A stretch of 64,000 bases of DNA. It comes from the human T2T-CHM13v2.0 reference genome, Homo sapiens. Each line of letters starts with the position of its first letter. The stretch's first letter is position 1. Location: the NCBI RefSeq assembly GCF_009914755.1, contig NC_060925.1, one strand, 5' to 3'. The notes under the pieces were generated by a model. That model saw only the letters and a list, made by a program, of their open reading frames with translations. It ran no database searches and was not told where the DNA came from. Below are positions 26,846-45,183 of this stretch, one piece after another. Both the position numbers and the translations under genes were made by a program.

Positions 26846-27476
26846 GGCTAAAGCTGCATTGGCAAAGACTGTCAAATGTATCTCAGAGACATTCAGATAC
26901 CTGGCGCCTGTGAATACAAGTTCGTAAGTCACAGGAGCTTTTTAAGTGACCATTGTTGACTCAGGGATTTCAGTGGTTGTTAATGCTACTGTACACTTAG
27001 AAACAACTTTGTAGCCACAGACGTGGAAAAGTTCACGTAGACAGTGAGTGCTTATTTACCTCTGCCAATTATTTTGATGGGTAGACAAAAACAGAGCATC
27101 AGTTGGAGAAGAATTGTCAAGGTGTTACATCTATTAAACTTGTGCCTGTATAACTTGAGTTTGATTCTTCTGATACTAGAATATTGTTCTACCCAGTGGA
27201 ATTAATGATTAACCCAAATCTGTCAAAAAGCTAAACAGTGCATAGCCCTAAAATCAGTTTTTCTAGTGAAAGGATCTCATAGAAAATTCTCAGCGGTATT
27301 AGTATTTTGCCACTCAAGAAAACGAAAAACAATTTAAAACTATGGAGATGCATCAGGACTTTTGTCAGATCCAGATGTAAATCTGCTAGAACATCTGAAG
27401 TGTTTTGGATTTCTCATTAATCAAAGAAACATAGAAGGTGGAAATTAGTAGAGAATGTAAATATCATCCGATCTGA

Positions 27477-27813
<337 letters not shown>

Positions 27814-28073
27814 TATCTGACCACTTTATATTATTAATATTAGAGATGAGGAAACCAGGATCAAGAAAGGAAACTGTGCTTCAAAGAGCTAAGACTCAAA
27901 TTTTTTTTTCATAGATCATAAGCATATTCTCAACTGATGCACATGGCTGCTTAAATGCCCAGAAGACCTTGGTGGTATATGGGAAGAGTACAGATCACAA
28001 GGTATAAATTCTCGTTTATCACTTTTAGTTTACAATCTCTAGCAAAGTAATAGCGCTCGCTCTCTCTCCATAT

Positions 28074-28200
28074 GTCTGTGTGTGTATATATACATATATA
28101 CACACACGCACACATGTATACATATATACATATATACATATAGTGGATACATGTATGTGTGTGTATGCATGTGTGTGTGTGTGTATATATATATTTATAT
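28074..28200. repeat. Compound (TG/TA/CA)n microsatellite
   Basis: Mostly alternating purine-pyrimidine tract lying between an Alu body and its TSD. Confidence 0.9.
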
Positions 28201-28485
28201 TTGAGATAGGATCTCACTCTGTTACCTAGGCTGGAGTGCGGTGGCATGATCTCAGCTCACTGCAACCTCAACCTCCTGGGCTGAAGTGATCCTTCCACTT
28301 CAGCCTCCTGAGTAGCTAGGACCATAGATGGGTGCCACCAGAGCAGGCTAATTTTTAAATTTTTTTGTAGAGATGGAGTTTCACTATGTTGCCTAGGCAG
28401 GTCTCCAGCTCCCAGGCTAAAGTGATCCTCCCACCTCAGCCTCCCAAAGTGCTGGGATTACAGTTGTGAGCCACTGTGCCCAGTC
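28198..28485 (-). mobile_element. AluJ
   Basis: Antisense dimer; TSD ctctccatat (28064-28073, 28488-28497). Confidence 0.95.
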
Positions 28486-28864
28486 AGCTCTCCATATATT
28501 AATACCAATACATGGCTGTAAGTTTAAACCTCTGAGATAAAGCTGAAGAAACTAGTTCAATCAAATTTACTTTATATATAGCATTTATATACTTAAATTG
28601 AGCATTTGATTTTCCTCTTGCTATTTAAATTATGAAACCCCCAATTAAATTTTAAGATATTTAAGTGTAGAAATCTCTTTTCCTTCTTAAAATCTCCTAA
28701 AATATATAGAACATGTTCACTGTCGGTTCCCCTTAAACACCACAGAATGAATGAGTTCCAAAAGGAAGCATTTCAAACTATAATTGCTGATGGACTATGG
28801 ACTCTGAACTCTTAGAAACCTTGAAAAAAATAATTTTGTTTAAAGGCGACCTAGAACAACAATT

Positions 28865-28985
28865 TACAACATGACCTTGGATAAGTCAATTAACCTCTTT
28901 GGACCTCAGTTTCTTCACCTGTAAAATGAAGACATTGGCCGGGATAATGTCTAAGGCGCCTTCTAGGTCTACCCTTCTATGATTC
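28865..28985 (+). mobile_element. MIR/MIR3
   Basis: 'tgaccttggataagtcaattaacctctttggacctcagtttcttcacctgtaaaatg'. Confidence 0.85.
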
Positions 28986-30551
28986 TGCATTACTTCATTA
29001 CTGTGTTCTCACTGCACGGAGTGGTAGGTTATACCCGTCACTCCTTCTAATAGCCATTCAATCTTACTTCCAAAAGCTGGGTCCCACTGGTGTTGGAGAG
29101 TGTGTTGCTTGTTTCTAGTGTTCAGCGGAAAGTTCAGTGGTGGGGAACAGATGAGGATTGATGTCCCTGCTGTGGCCACCGCCGGGAAGCAATTTCAACC
29201 CTTCTGCACAGGGGCTCTTTGCTCAGGGCTGGGGGCATTTGAGATTGCTGCAAGGAAAATGACCACTGGTACAATTCCAACACAAGAGCCTTGTGTTTTG
29301 GGATGTCTTTTGCCTGGATGTCACTTTACTCTAGTGAATATTTGGCCTGAAAAAAAAATGTGTATTTGTTGATTTGCTGGTGTTTAGGGGCTTTTTTTTC
29401 TGTTCTGAAAAGTACAGAGATGGATCTTTTGAAATCACAGAGACATAGAAAAATCTCCCGTTGTCCTCCATCATGAGGTCTCCACTGAAACCAATGTTTA
29501 TAGCCATAATCAGGAGTCTTTGTTTTACTCTCTGGAGACCTCTAGAATGTACAGAGGTTTAAAAAGAACTAAAACTCCTCCCCAAACTCATTAAACTGGC
29601 AGAAAGAATAAGCTAAAAGGAGGAAACAAAGTTGGTTTAGGTAAGAGTGGTGTGAATATTCTACTTGAGTAAATCTTATTAGCTAAGCAAAAGCAAAGAA
29701 AAAAAAAAAAACGAAAACCACTACCAAAGACAAGAAACATGGAAGACCCTATAACAGCAACAATATCAAAAAAGTAAAATGTTACACAACTTCTCAGTTG
29801 AGGATAGTTTTGACAGTTTTATTAAAATAGGTTCCATTGACAAAATAGGGTTGCAAATGGCAGCTGATTTCTTGGACAAAGCTATGACTCATCCCAAAGC
29901 CTACGGAAAGAACAGCATAAGTAGAAAATTATCTGAAATTTCGATCTCCTCAACACTAAAAACCCCTTTAACATGCTTATTCCTAGACTGCCCAAAAGTT
30001 CCCTATGAACACATTAATATTAAGAAATTAGCTACAATAATAAGTAAGCCCTTAGAAAAGTATGCCAATTTGAGAGAGAAGGAGAAAGCAACATCTTTTA
30101 GTAAAGGCAGTTTCAAAAATTGAACAATTTCAAATTATCCACTTTGCTTCTCTTGAATATCACAACTTTGCTTGGAAAGTTTTTCTGTGTGTTTTTGTTT
30201 TTGATCTAATAGCAGGTCAGAAATCTCATTGCTAATGCTCTAAACATTTTCTGCACCTTTGCCTTGATTGTCATTGATTCATTCATTCATTCACTTACTC
30301 TCTCATTCTTTCCATAAATACTTGAAGAGACAATATTGATAATCAAGACAGGTTCCTATCTTTAAGTAGATTATCAAGTCTACAACCAACTCAGACAACA
30401 GTTTGGAATATTGGCTCTTATAAGCAGTCCAAGAGCAAATGACTAAAAATCTCCAAACTTGTTTCCTCATCTGTAAATGAAAACAATAGCATAATCCTAA
30501 TAGACTGTTATGGGACTGAAGTAAGATAAAGTACACAAAATTCCTGGGACA

Positions 30552-30861
30552 GTCCAGGTGCAGTGGCTCATGCCTGTAATCCCAGTACTTTAGGAGGCCC
30601 AAGGTGGGCCAATCACTTGAGTTCAGGAGTTCAAGATCAGCCTGGCCAACATGGTGAAAACCCGTCTCTACTAAAAATACAAAGATTAGCTGGGTGTGAT
30701 GACGGGTGCAGTAATCCCAGCTACTTGGAAGGCTGAGACAGGACAATTGCTTGAACCTGGGAGGCAAAGTTTGCAGTAAGCCAAGAATGTGCCACTGCAC
30801 TTCAGCCTGGGTGACAGAACAAGACTCTGTCTCAAAAAAAAACAAAACAAAACCAAACAAA
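30552..30861 (+). mobile_element. AluS inside a MIR (about 30390-30915)
   Basis: Dimer; TSD cctgggacag(t) on both sides. Confidence 0.95.
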
Positions 30862-31169
30862 CCTGGGACAGTACCTGGAACATAGTAGGATCTCAGAAAG
30901 TGACAGAATTATTATCATCATCATTGCTATCATTATTTCTCTGATATACCCTCATGTGCTAACTACCTTCCAGTGTGTACAGATAGGTCTACTTTAATGC
31001 AGTTTTCAAAACAAGGGAAGAGACTACATTCCCTCAACAAAAAAACATCTTGTTTTTCTTATCAATTTCAAAACTATAAAATGATAGGAACAGGAACTGT
31101 CATACTATGTCCCATCCAATCAAGGAGTGTGTCACCAACATGGACAGTAAAGACTAAGTTGTTAGTAAT

Positions 31170-31480
31170 AATTGTCACCATTAATGGAGCCCCTAATATT
31201 TACAACGCATGCACTAAGTACTATATGGATTATTTTATTTATGCTTGATCTTAGCCAAAAGTCTGAGAAGTGATAGATTATTATTCTATTTAATCCTAAA
31301 AATAAAAAACCCTATGAAGTTGGCATTTTTATCCCATTTTTCAGGTAAAGGGTGGGGACGTAATAGGGAATTGCTTGGGAAAGATGGCTTCTCTTGCCCA
31401 AAGTTTACACAGCTAGTAGGTAAATAAACCAAGGTATGAACCCAGGTCTCTCTTCTGACTAAATTTTATGCCTTCAAGTA
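31170..31480 (-). mobile_element. MIR
   Basis: 'cttgcccaaagtttacacagctagtaggt'. Confidence 0.7.
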
Positions 31481-31896
31481 GGACTGAGGACCTAATTTTC
31501 TTCTGTAGAAATATAACAGTATAAACATTTAAAGGAGGAAGGAATATTTGTGGTTTTTTGTTTGTTTGTTTGTTTGTTTTTTGTTTTTTCAGTATAAGAC
31601 CATCTTTTGAAAAAATTAGGATCTGAAGCATCTTCCTCACCTAAACAGTGAAATCTGTTGGGTATGCAGCCCAAGATATATATGCTTCAAAGTTCCTCAA
31701 AGTGATTTTGATCTTTTTTTTTTTTTTTTTTTTTGGAAAGCATTGCTTCCCCTAAAGCCCATTTGGAGCTCCAACGTACACAAATTTGTTCACATTTTTT
31801 CTTGATCAATTTATACTTTTTGCCAGTACCACCCCACAGAATACTGAATCCCCAAAATTAATTAGATGTGTAAAGCTGTACATTCTAACATTCTAA

Positions 31897-32217
<321 letters not shown>

Positions 32218-32437
32218 AGTTTGCTTTACATTTATTTAGATTTAGTTTCACATGGTGGCTTCTCTTCACAGTATTTCTGGCTTTGATAAAAATGTTCAGG
32301 TTTATTTATCTACATTATTTATATCTTCATGTTCTCTTTCAGAGGGAAAATTTTGGCAATCTTATAATTTTCTCCCACCTCATTTCCTCAACCATTTTAG
32401 TTATTTTTCTCTGAAACTTCTTTACTTCTTTAGATTA

Positions 32438-32575
32438 TGTTTTGGACTGTATGTTTGTGTTTCCCCAAATTTATATGTTGAAACCTTAACCCCTAATGGG
32501 ATGGTATCAGGAGGCGGAGAATTTGGGAGGTGATTAAATCCTAAGAGTGAAGCTCTCAGGATGGAATTAGGCCTG
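32438..32575 (+). mobile_element. MLT1A-like LTR 5' fragment
   Basis: 'tgtttgtgtttccccaaatttatatgttgaaacctt...tttgggaggtgatta'. Confidence 0.8.
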
Positions 32576-32799
32576 CTGGAAACCCTTGCTCTGAGAAGTA
32601 AGAAAATGAACTGCAGAACCAGCCTGATAATGAGCATCTCTTTTTACAATAAAACTCTTCTTCAAGTCTGATGAAGTCATAGGGGCTCACTAACAATTCT
32701 CCAGGGAGAAAACTAGACATAAGACACCAAGACAATTCTCCAAAAGGCCCTGAGAAATTAAGAGTTGAAGTTCAGAGTCACAGCTCTAATAGGCCAAAC

Positions 32800-33000
32800 C
32801 CTTCTTGAGGACTCATTGTAGGTCAAGTGCTATACTTACTTTTACATGCATTTAATTCATGTAATTGTCACAACAGCCCCATGAGGCAGGGGCTTATATC
32901 ATCCCCATTTTTCAGAGGAGAAAACTGAAGCCCAAAGAGGTCAGGTGGCTTGCCTTGGGTCTCATAAAGAAGAGACACCTGGAAGCCTGGAGCCCGAATT
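32800..33000 (-). mobile_element. MIR
   Basis: 'atccccatttttcagaggagaaaactgaagccca'. Confidence 0.8.
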
Positions 33001-33331
33001 GTTGTGCATAACTTCTCCTATGCTGATTCTTCAGAGCTACGAGCCATTCCTCCCCAAGATAAAGCTTCCACGAATTGTGCTAACATCTTAGGTTGAAGAA
33101 GCAAACATCAACGGGTGGCTAGCTTGCACAAACTTTTCCAAAGAATCTCATATAAAAGTATGTAATTTTGAGGAAGAATGGGGAGTTTTGACTCTAGCTT
33201 CCTGTTATGAAATCATTTCTCTTCAAGAAAAGATAAAACTCATTTTTAGTAATTTGTGGGAAGGTTGTAGGGAATTACCTGAACTTCTTTACGTCTAAGA
33301 CTGTCCAAGGCAATAGAAACTTAGGTGTTCT

Positions 33332-33488
33332 GGCCGGGCGTGGTGGCTCACACCTGTAATCCCAGCACTTTGGGAAGCCAAGAAGAGAGGATGGCTCAAG
33401 CCCAGGAGTTCAAGACCAGCCCGGGCAAATAGAGAACCTGTCTCAATTTTTAAAAATAAAAATATAAATAAAAAAGAAAATAAAAATA
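33332..33488 (+). mobile_element. FLAM monomer
   Basis: Left-arm monomer; TSD agaaacttaggtgt. Confidence 0.9.
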
Positions 33489-33599
33489 AGAAACTTAGGT
33501 GTATTGTGTAACAGCAGAAGTCTTTCTAAACTGATGCATCCATAACTGCCATTGAACTGGTGAGACTTTCTAATTGCAATATAAAATAGGTAACAAACA

Positions 33600-33800
33600 A
33601 TTAACAGGGTTTATATATTCCAAGCACTTCTTAAGACATGTTAAAAAAAATCCTAATTCTCAGAACAGCTTTTGTACTTCATACTATTATTACCCCATTT
33701 TAAAGACAAGGAAACAGGCTCAGAATGATGAGTACCTCGGTCACACAGCTAGTAGGCAGCAGAGCTCAGTTTGGCTCCAGTGTCGTTGCTCTTAAATGTC
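33600..33800 (-). mobile_element. MIR
   Basis: 'ccccattttaaagacaaggaaacaggctcaga'. Confidence 0.8.
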
Positions 33801-34379
33801 ATACCATAGTGGCCCTGTATAATAAAGGAGACCACCTAAGTCTCTGACAGTTAAATGTCTGTGCATATAAACTACAGCTGATAAGTAGATACAAAGAATT
33901 ATGGACATCACAATTCAGAAATCCAGTTGTCATATTCATGAGCATTTCTTCAGTACAAAATAATTCATGGAACTCTGTCTTACCTACAACTAGAAACTTC
34001 ACATAAAACAGCTTTGCTGCCCAGTCCAATTACTCAAACACATCAGCTAGTTCAGTTTACATAGAACAAGCAACTTGTTGGTTAACCAGTCCTTTCTCAC
34101 ATTGGTCAACTGTTTGGGGTTATGAAGACATAACATGATTAAAATGCATTGATAGAATTTGTTTGGGGAGGCAGAGATAGATCTCTTTGGTGGGGAGAAC
34201 ATAGGCAGTCTAAGACGCAATGTGACATTTTCAGCAAAGATTACATTTATAAAAGGAAGATTAAACAAACAGAGGTTTCTGTAAACAGAGTAACTTTGGG
34301 TGGGGAGAGCTTTGCATTAGATACAGCATCCAACACACGGATTAAGAAATTAAAGTTCTAATCTTGTTGAGAATAGGGT

Positions 34380-34512
34380 GGACTGGGAGCAGTAACTCAT
34401 GCCTGTAATCCCAACACTTTGGGAGTCCCAGGTGGGAGGATGACTTGAGATCAGGAGTTCAAGACCAGCGGAGGCAAAATAGTGAGACCCCACCTCTATT
34501 TAAAAAAAAAAA
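34380..34512 (+). mobile_element. FLAM monomer
   Basis: Left-arm monomer plus A tail. Confidence 0.9.
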
Positions 34513-34711
34513 ATTTTTTTTTAAATAATAGAGTAACATTGTTTTCTTTCCTTTTTTCTGTAACTCTTGCTAGTGTACCCTCCACAGACCCACTTTTAAA
34601 TGTTATCAATGAGGCCTATGACCCAGATACTCTCAAAGTAGATGAGTTTTCTTAGAAGTCAGAGAACTTTCTTTGCTCTTCTCAGCAAATATGCGTGTTT
34701 CCATCATCCTA

Positions 34712-35081
<370 letters not shown>

Positions 35082-35739
35082 CTAGTCAAATGTCTAATTT
35101 GAGTTACTTAATCTTTTTTCTATAAATTTTAGGGGTTTTTTGTTTGTTCTTTTTAAAGTAGGATATACGCCTCCAATTATTTACTGTGTTCTACGTTTAT
35201 AGATAACTACGTGAAGAAAAGTTTACGTGGAGTTCTATTTTCACACGCTGAAGTCCCTGGCTGTCTTTAGGGAAGGTTCGTTCTTCACTTGCATTCATCC
35301 TCATCTTTTTGTGTTGAGATTGTATGAGGATAAATACAAATTATGCCTCTGTGAAGTGGTGATCATCATGATTTGCAATGAGAAAAGATAATCTAGAATG
35401 GAATTCTGCTTGCTTTATCCATTTGCTCTCAACCCATCCTTATGAAAACTGGTTATAACCACCCCTGTCAATAGTCCAGAACTTCAGCGGGATGGAGTCT
35501 ATGATACTACTGGGCAGAATTGGTCTTCTGGTACCCATACAGTTTAGGTGCTTCAGACAAACTTAAGATTTCTTCTTTAATCATTAATTCACTCATCAGA
35601 GGCCAATTTTAAGGGACTTCTGTGAATCAGTCACCTCTGGAAATCACTCACCATTTATAACCACAAAAAATATAATCAGCATATAGCAATACTTGTTTAA
35701 TATTTTGTATAGTAGGAGACTATATTAATACATCTAGAT

Positions 35740-36016
35740 GAACAATGTCCATCAGCAAAAAAATGGGGGCCACATATGTAAGTTTAAATTTTCCAACAGC
35801 TATGTTGAAAAAAGTAAAAAGAAACAAGTTAAAATTCATTTTTATATATTTTATTTAACTCATACATTCAGAATATCATCTTCTTAATATATAATCAGTA
35901 TAAAATTATTAATGAAATATTTTACATTTTTTGATACTAGGTCTCAATTCTTACCAGCCATATTTCAAGTGCTCAATAGCCACATGTGGCCAGTGACTAC
36001 CATACTAGACAGTGCA
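35740..36016. mobile_element. MER33 (hAT-Charlie)
   Basis: 'cagccatatttcaagtgctcaatagccacatgtggccagtgactaccata'. Confidence 0.85.
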
Positions 36017-36043
36017 ATTCTGGGTCATCAAAAGTGGATGCAA

Positions 36044-36180
36044 AGCCAGGTGAGGTGGCTCACGCCTGTAATCCTAGCACTTTGGGAGGCTGAGGCAGGG
36101 GGATCACTCAAGGCCAGGGGTTCAAGATTAGCCTGGGCAACATAGCGAGATCCTGTCTTAATTTAAAAAATAAAATAAAA
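36044..36180 (+). mobile_element. FLAM monomer
   Basis: Degenerate TSD aaaagtggatgcaa/aaaagaggctgcaa. Confidence 0.9.
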
Positions 36181-36671
36181 GAGGCTGCAAGTCATTAAGA
36201 GTAATGTTAAACTAAAGTGGCTCCAGAAGGCAGATCCATTTTATTAGGTTGGATCTCAAAATTGTTTAGTTTCTGCTGAGACCTTAACTATAGATTTATT
36301 CTAAAGACAAAGGTTCTATGTAACTAGGGATCTACTCTCAGCTGATGGAGGCAGACTCCAGTGCATTTCTTTTCACAAGGTTAAAGGCCAAGGATATGTC
36401 TATACATCACATAAGTCCTCAATTTTGGTACTGTAATAAGCAAACTGCTCCATAAAGAGTTAAAAATGAATAACAGGGATTAATAGTACAATACTGTTTC
36501 AAATCTACTTGCTCTTCACATAAAAATAATTTGCTTAACAGAAATCTTTACTATGAATACCCATTACTTATACAGTTCTATTTACAAAAATTTATTCTAA
36601 GAAAACACAATTTTAATGTATAAGATTGTCTACAAGAATGTTTACTTCATCACTATGTATAAAAATAAAAA

Positions 36672-39270
<2,599 letters not shown>

Positions 39271-39457
39271 TCACAAACAACATAAAAGTCCAACAATGTG
39301 GGATTGGTTATATACATTATAAGACAATAGAGAATTATTCAAGTATTCAAAATTATGTTGTAGATATATGTATTAAATATAAAGATGTTTTTATATTTTG
39401 CTTGGTGAAGATGGTAGGTTACTGTTTCTAAAAAGTATGTATATTCCTTATATATGG

Positions 39458-39459
<2 letters not shown>

Positions 39460-39488
<29 letters not shown>
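39460..39488. repeat. (CA)n microsatellite
   Basis: About 14 units. Confidence 0.95.
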
Positions 39489-39489
<1 letters not shown>

Positions 39490-39491
<2 letters not shown>

Positions 39492-39755
39492 TGTATTCAC
39501 TGGGGATTGGTTCCAGGACCCCCATGGATACTAAAAATCTGCATGTTCTGCAGTGGCCCTGTGGAATCTGCCTTTATGGAAACTTCCCTCTACATCCGCA
39601 GGTTTCCGCATCCAGTGACTACTATATTTTCCATCCACATTTGGTTGCAGATGCAGGATGCAGGGACACGGAGGGCTGACTGTATTTACTGGAAAAAAAT
39701 GTGTGTATACGTGTACTTGTGCAGTTCAAACCAGGGTTGTTCAAGGGTCACCTAT
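39490..39755. mobile_element. MER2 (TcMar-Tigger)
   Basis: 'ggggattggttccaggacccc...gcagttcaaaccagggttgttcaagggtca'. Confidence 0.85.
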
Positions 39756-40348
39756 ATATACATATAAACATAAAAACCTGAAAGAATATTCACTGTGATG
39801 TTAACAATGGCTATGAATGGGAGGATTGCCACTCATTTTTCTTTTTTGCCTATTTGTATTTTCTATTTTTTTCTAACAAATACCTATTGCATCAATAAAA
39901 CACATCAGTAATGTTTAAAATAAAAATGTGCATTTATCTATTGGTTATCTTTTTAAAAAAATCTGTATATTTGTTGGCCTGACAAACTCTGATGTACAAT
40001 TACAAAGGAAGAAACTAGCACAAAATGTAAATGGAATGACTAAAATACTAAGTCTGTTTGGGGAAAGTACACTTCCCTAGACTTATGGATGTCAGGAATG
40101 TAATCGGGAAAGTTATAATAACAATTCTAGTAGGGAAAAAACTTTTCCTAGGATCTCATTTAATTTCAATGAACTGCACTGAAGAAGTTAAAGAAGGACC
40201 TAAAATCTTCAGAATTTGGGCCAGCTGTCTTGAATTCTACAATAGAGAGAAAAAATTTCTTATGTTATTAGGTAACTTGCTGCTTACTATAGACCCTAAT
40301 GACCAACATCGTTGCCATTTATCTACAAAGCCTGGTTATGTATGTGTC

Positions 40349-40502
40349 TTTTTTATTTTTATTATTTTATTTATTTATTTATTCTAGAAACAGGGTCTCA
40401 CTATATTGCCTAGGCTGGTCTTGAACTCCTTGGCTCAAGTGATCCACCCACCTCAGCCTCCCAAACTGCTGGGATTACAGGTGTGAGCCACTGCACCCAG
40501 CC
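40349..40502 (-). mobile_element. FLAM monomer
   Basis: Antisense left-arm monomer with a (TTTA)n tail. Confidence 0.9.
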
Positions 40503-40680
40503 ATATATGTTTCTTTAATGTTCAAATAGATATATATTTGATAAAGTAACAGGTGGTCTTTTCTATATTATTCATGTTAATCTGATTAACAATTTGTGTA
40601 TTTATGGTTTTCCCTTATTTTTGCTAACTACCAAAATCCCACATTTTCCTAAAACCTGGAATAAAAGCAGCAACCTGTTA

Positions 40681-40818
40681 GTTGGGCCTGGTTGTACATG
40701 CTTGTAATCCCAGCTACTGAGAAGGCTGAGGCAAGAGGATTCCTTGAGCCTAGGAGTTCAAGACCAACCTGGGCAATATAGAAAGACCTCATCTTTAGAA
40801 ATTAAAAAGAAAAGAAAC
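40681..40818 (+). mobile_element. FLAM monomer
   Basis: Left-arm monomer. Confidence 0.85.
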
Positions 40819-41039
40819 AAAGCAATATTCTGTTAATATAGAATGGGGAGCAGGGGAGGACTCTCTTTCAACCACCAAAAAGAAAATTTTTATGTGTACA
40901 GAAAGAAGAAAATTACCTTTAAAATTCTGAACACCTTTGCATCATTCATTACAATGAATATTATTCATTGAATTCTTTCACCTTTCCAAGCCGAAAGGAG
41001 TAGATACTGGCTCAGTAACAACTACATCAAAAGTAAGAA

Positions 41040-41600
41040 TATTGGCGGTTTCTCCTCAAGTTAAATGTACTTGTATTATAATGACCTAGTAATTCCACTC
41101 TTAGGTATTTACTCAACAGTAATGAAAACATATGTTCCAAAAAAGAGTTGTAAAACAATGTTTGTAGCTTTATTTAAAACAGTAAACCACTGAAAACAGC
41201 CCAAATGTCCATCAACAGGTGAATGGATAAACAATTGTGATATATTCACACAACAGAACACTGCACAGCAATAAAAAGAAGCAATAAATATATGCAAGAA
41301 CTTGCATAAACCTCAAAAACAATGTGATAGACAAAAGAAGCATGCCCACTGCATGATTGCATTTATATGTAATGTTCTAAAACAGGCAAAACTAAATTAT
41401 GGTGACAGAATTCAACAGAGTTAGGGCAGTGGTGAGAACTGCTGGACTAGAAAGGCATGAGGAATTCTTGATGATAACAGAATTGTTCTATAGCTTGATT
41501 GAGGTGGGCATTACATCAATTCTCATGGAACTGAGCACTTAAAACTTGTGCAGATACAGATAATAAAATAAATTCAAAATTAAATAAAAACTTTAAAAAA
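41040..41600 (+). mobile_element. L1MB/ME 3' end
   Basis: 'aattccactcttaggtatttac...cccaaatgtccatcaacaggtgaatggataaacaattgtg'. Confidence 0.85.
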
Positions 41601-43104
41601 GAATAAAAGTAAAATGGCCACTTTTATTCAAACTATAGTTACGGTATGCTCTTGAGTGACAGCATTTTGTCTCTGCAACTCTATTTTACAAATACTTTAA
41701 TGCCCCCTTTTCCCTCTCAATTCATGCTAAGGATGAACAATGAATGGTCTCTTGATGACCGTTTTCACTGAAGAACTAATATTAACTGAAAATACGGATG
41801 GGGATTTGCCATCCACTCACACTTCTCTGCCATTTCTACAATACTTTTTTTGCAGGTATTCAATGGTGACAAATGGTTTTACAAAGGGTAAACAATTAGA
41901 ATATAGGATTCAGCACATTAAACAGACTTCACAGTCTCTTTATTAATCTTGAACTTGGTAATTTCTGAAAATTTTGAATCAATGTGTTTCTGGATACTTT
42001 CCAATGACATTTAACAGTTAGACTTAAAAATACAGAAGAAAGCATTATAAGTTTTATCCAAAATGATTATGGCCATCATTTGAATAAAATACAGATTTTG
42101 CAAGCTGTAAAGCATATCATTACTACATACTGGTCTAAGTAAGGTTTGGTTCACAAACTACAGAGCTCTAACCAAGTCATTGAATCTATCTAAAAGGGCC
42201 TCATTTGAGAAGCAATAAAATTTTTAATCATTTTATTATTAAAAGAGTGTTTAATATGTAGCTAATTAAATGCCAAAGGCAGGTTATCTGAGTTTAACCT
42301 TCAAAAAGAAAATGATGTATCAAAGTCTGCCTCTGGCATCATGGGATAGAAATGTCATCCTCATAATCATTGCGTGACAACTAGCTGGTGGCCTTTTCTA
42401 GAGCTATACTTAAATTACCTGATTAAATTAATAGCCGTTTAGATGTTTTAGGAACTGCACAGACCTATACTAAATGAAAATTAGGTCCATTACATTTTCT
42501 GAGTGGGCTAGATAGACCCTAAAATAAAACACGTATGCCATTGCCCACATTACTTAGATTAAGCAATTAAAAGCTCTTTCTAAAAAGTGACTAATTCCCC
42601 ATAATGTACAGACAACTGAATTTACACTAATGACCAGAGGTAAGTTTTTGGGGGTTTTTTTGGCTGTTTTTCCTTTTCCTCAGATAAAGTCTCTGCATTT
42701 GTTTATTTTAAAATAAGAGATTAAAATTTGAACATATCACTTAAATATCTAGGTAGATAAAACTATTTGTTCCATATCTGTAAGACAACGAACAATGATT
42801 ATGTGTAAGTAAAACAGTAAAGTAGGAAATCATCCTGAGAATTCACCTTACCATCAATGAAGCATTCTAGGAAATAGCTTTCAAACTATTCAATCTCAAT
42901 TATTTGGAAATAATTTTTAAAAATCAATGCACTCTTTCCTCACTAATTATTTCATATAAAATCCAGATCCTCAACTTATTAAATATATCACAAAAATGCA
43001 AACAATATGTTTGTTAATACATTTAAGAAGCAAACCATTATTCCTTCCATATTTCTCCAGTTGAAAATGGATATGATTGAGTGTGAGCTTCAAGAACAGG
43101 TTTG

Positions 43105-43262
43105 ATCGGGTGTGATGACTCACACCTGTAATCTCAATGCTTTGGGAAGCTGAGTCAGGTGGATTCCTTGATTCCAGGAGTTCGAGGTCACAGTGAGGCT
43201 GCTACTAGACTCCAGCAGCCTGGGCAACAGAGTGAGACTCTCTCTCTTAAAAAAAAAAAAAG
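43105..43262 (+). mobile_element. Alu monomer (FRAM-like) inside an L2 3' end
   Basis: Monomer plus poly(A); L2 resumes at 'gtagtaggtattcaataaatatttgttg'. Confidence 0.8.
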
Positions 43263-44481
43263 AAAAAAAGTTTGGTCACTGTTATGCCCCAAGTACCTAG
43301 AACCGTGTCTAACATGTAGTAGGTATTCAATAAATATTTGTTGGGTTAAAGGCAAGACTGGATTTTTTTTTCAGTTTTAATTAGTATCATTTACTTAAAA
43401 ATCATCTCAAAATCTTGAAATCCCGTATTTTGACAGTATGTTACAAAATTACAGCTTGGCAAGAAAGTTTTAGGCCAGTGTCATTTGGTATGCGAGTGTG
43501 CAATAAACTAACTGCATCAATGTAGTGGGTTCTTTTATTCATATTTAAGGTTTTGCTTAACTTCATTTCATTTCACTTCATTTCATATTTATCAAAGATA
43601 CAATCTTATATCCTATTCGTGATCTTTAAGGGGCTCAAGATAGATATAAATCCTTAACAATATTTACCTTCAGAATCCTCCCTGTGGCTACAAAACTTTG
43701 ATCTACTATAAGATCTGGTGCTATTTACAGATAAATTCCACCTGTGACATGTTCATGATGTTCCTAATATTACGTAGAAAGAACCAAGGGGACATTGATA
43801 AGATTATGTAAACACAATTCTTTTGGAATCAAAAACACTTACGTATAACTTAGTTGAATGTATATCAGTCTTTCTTCATTAAATTAACATTTAGTGAGGG
43901 CTTATGGTGTATCTGCATTGTGCTAGACTCTTTGTAGAAATACAAAGATTCCTAAAACAACCACTGTCTTAAATCTGGTGTGAATGAATAACTAAATTGA
44001 GTATGAAAGAGTAATAATAAAAAAAGTACATGGGTAATATTGGAAATATATACATATACGATGGCTATGGAGATGCAGAAAGGTTGAAGTTCCTAGTAGG
44101 TGGCTGAGGCAAATTGGGAAAGGGGTTGTAAGTGACTATGTTCAAAACTGTCATATGACAAAACAAAGAGGAAACTTTTACCTGAGGATGGCTAATCTTA
44201 AAAAATCCGTAAAAACAGTGTGTGAGAAACTAAATTCAACTTAATACAGGTCCTTTTCAGAAAATGTTAGAATCTGATTTAATGGATTGAGTTAAAAAAT
44301 TATTTTATTGGCATATTAAAAAATAGTCCAAGTGTAATGCATTTGAACTACTGTGTGATTTTTCATAGTTACCATGGAAAAAAATTCCTACACAGGAACA
44401 TCATGGGACAATTCCATAATAGAAAAGACAGAGGAATATCACATTTGTAGAAGAGCACAGAAATAACAATGTAAGATTTCC

Positions 44482-45183
<702 letters not shown>

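Noticed and set aside
29779-30123. 114-aa ATG ORF in unique sequence
   Set aside because: No recognisable domain, promoter or splice context; length is compatible with chance.
42852-42866. Second 15-nt minus-strand microexon-like pattern
   Set aside because: Short pyrimidine tract and a stop in one frame; probably chance.
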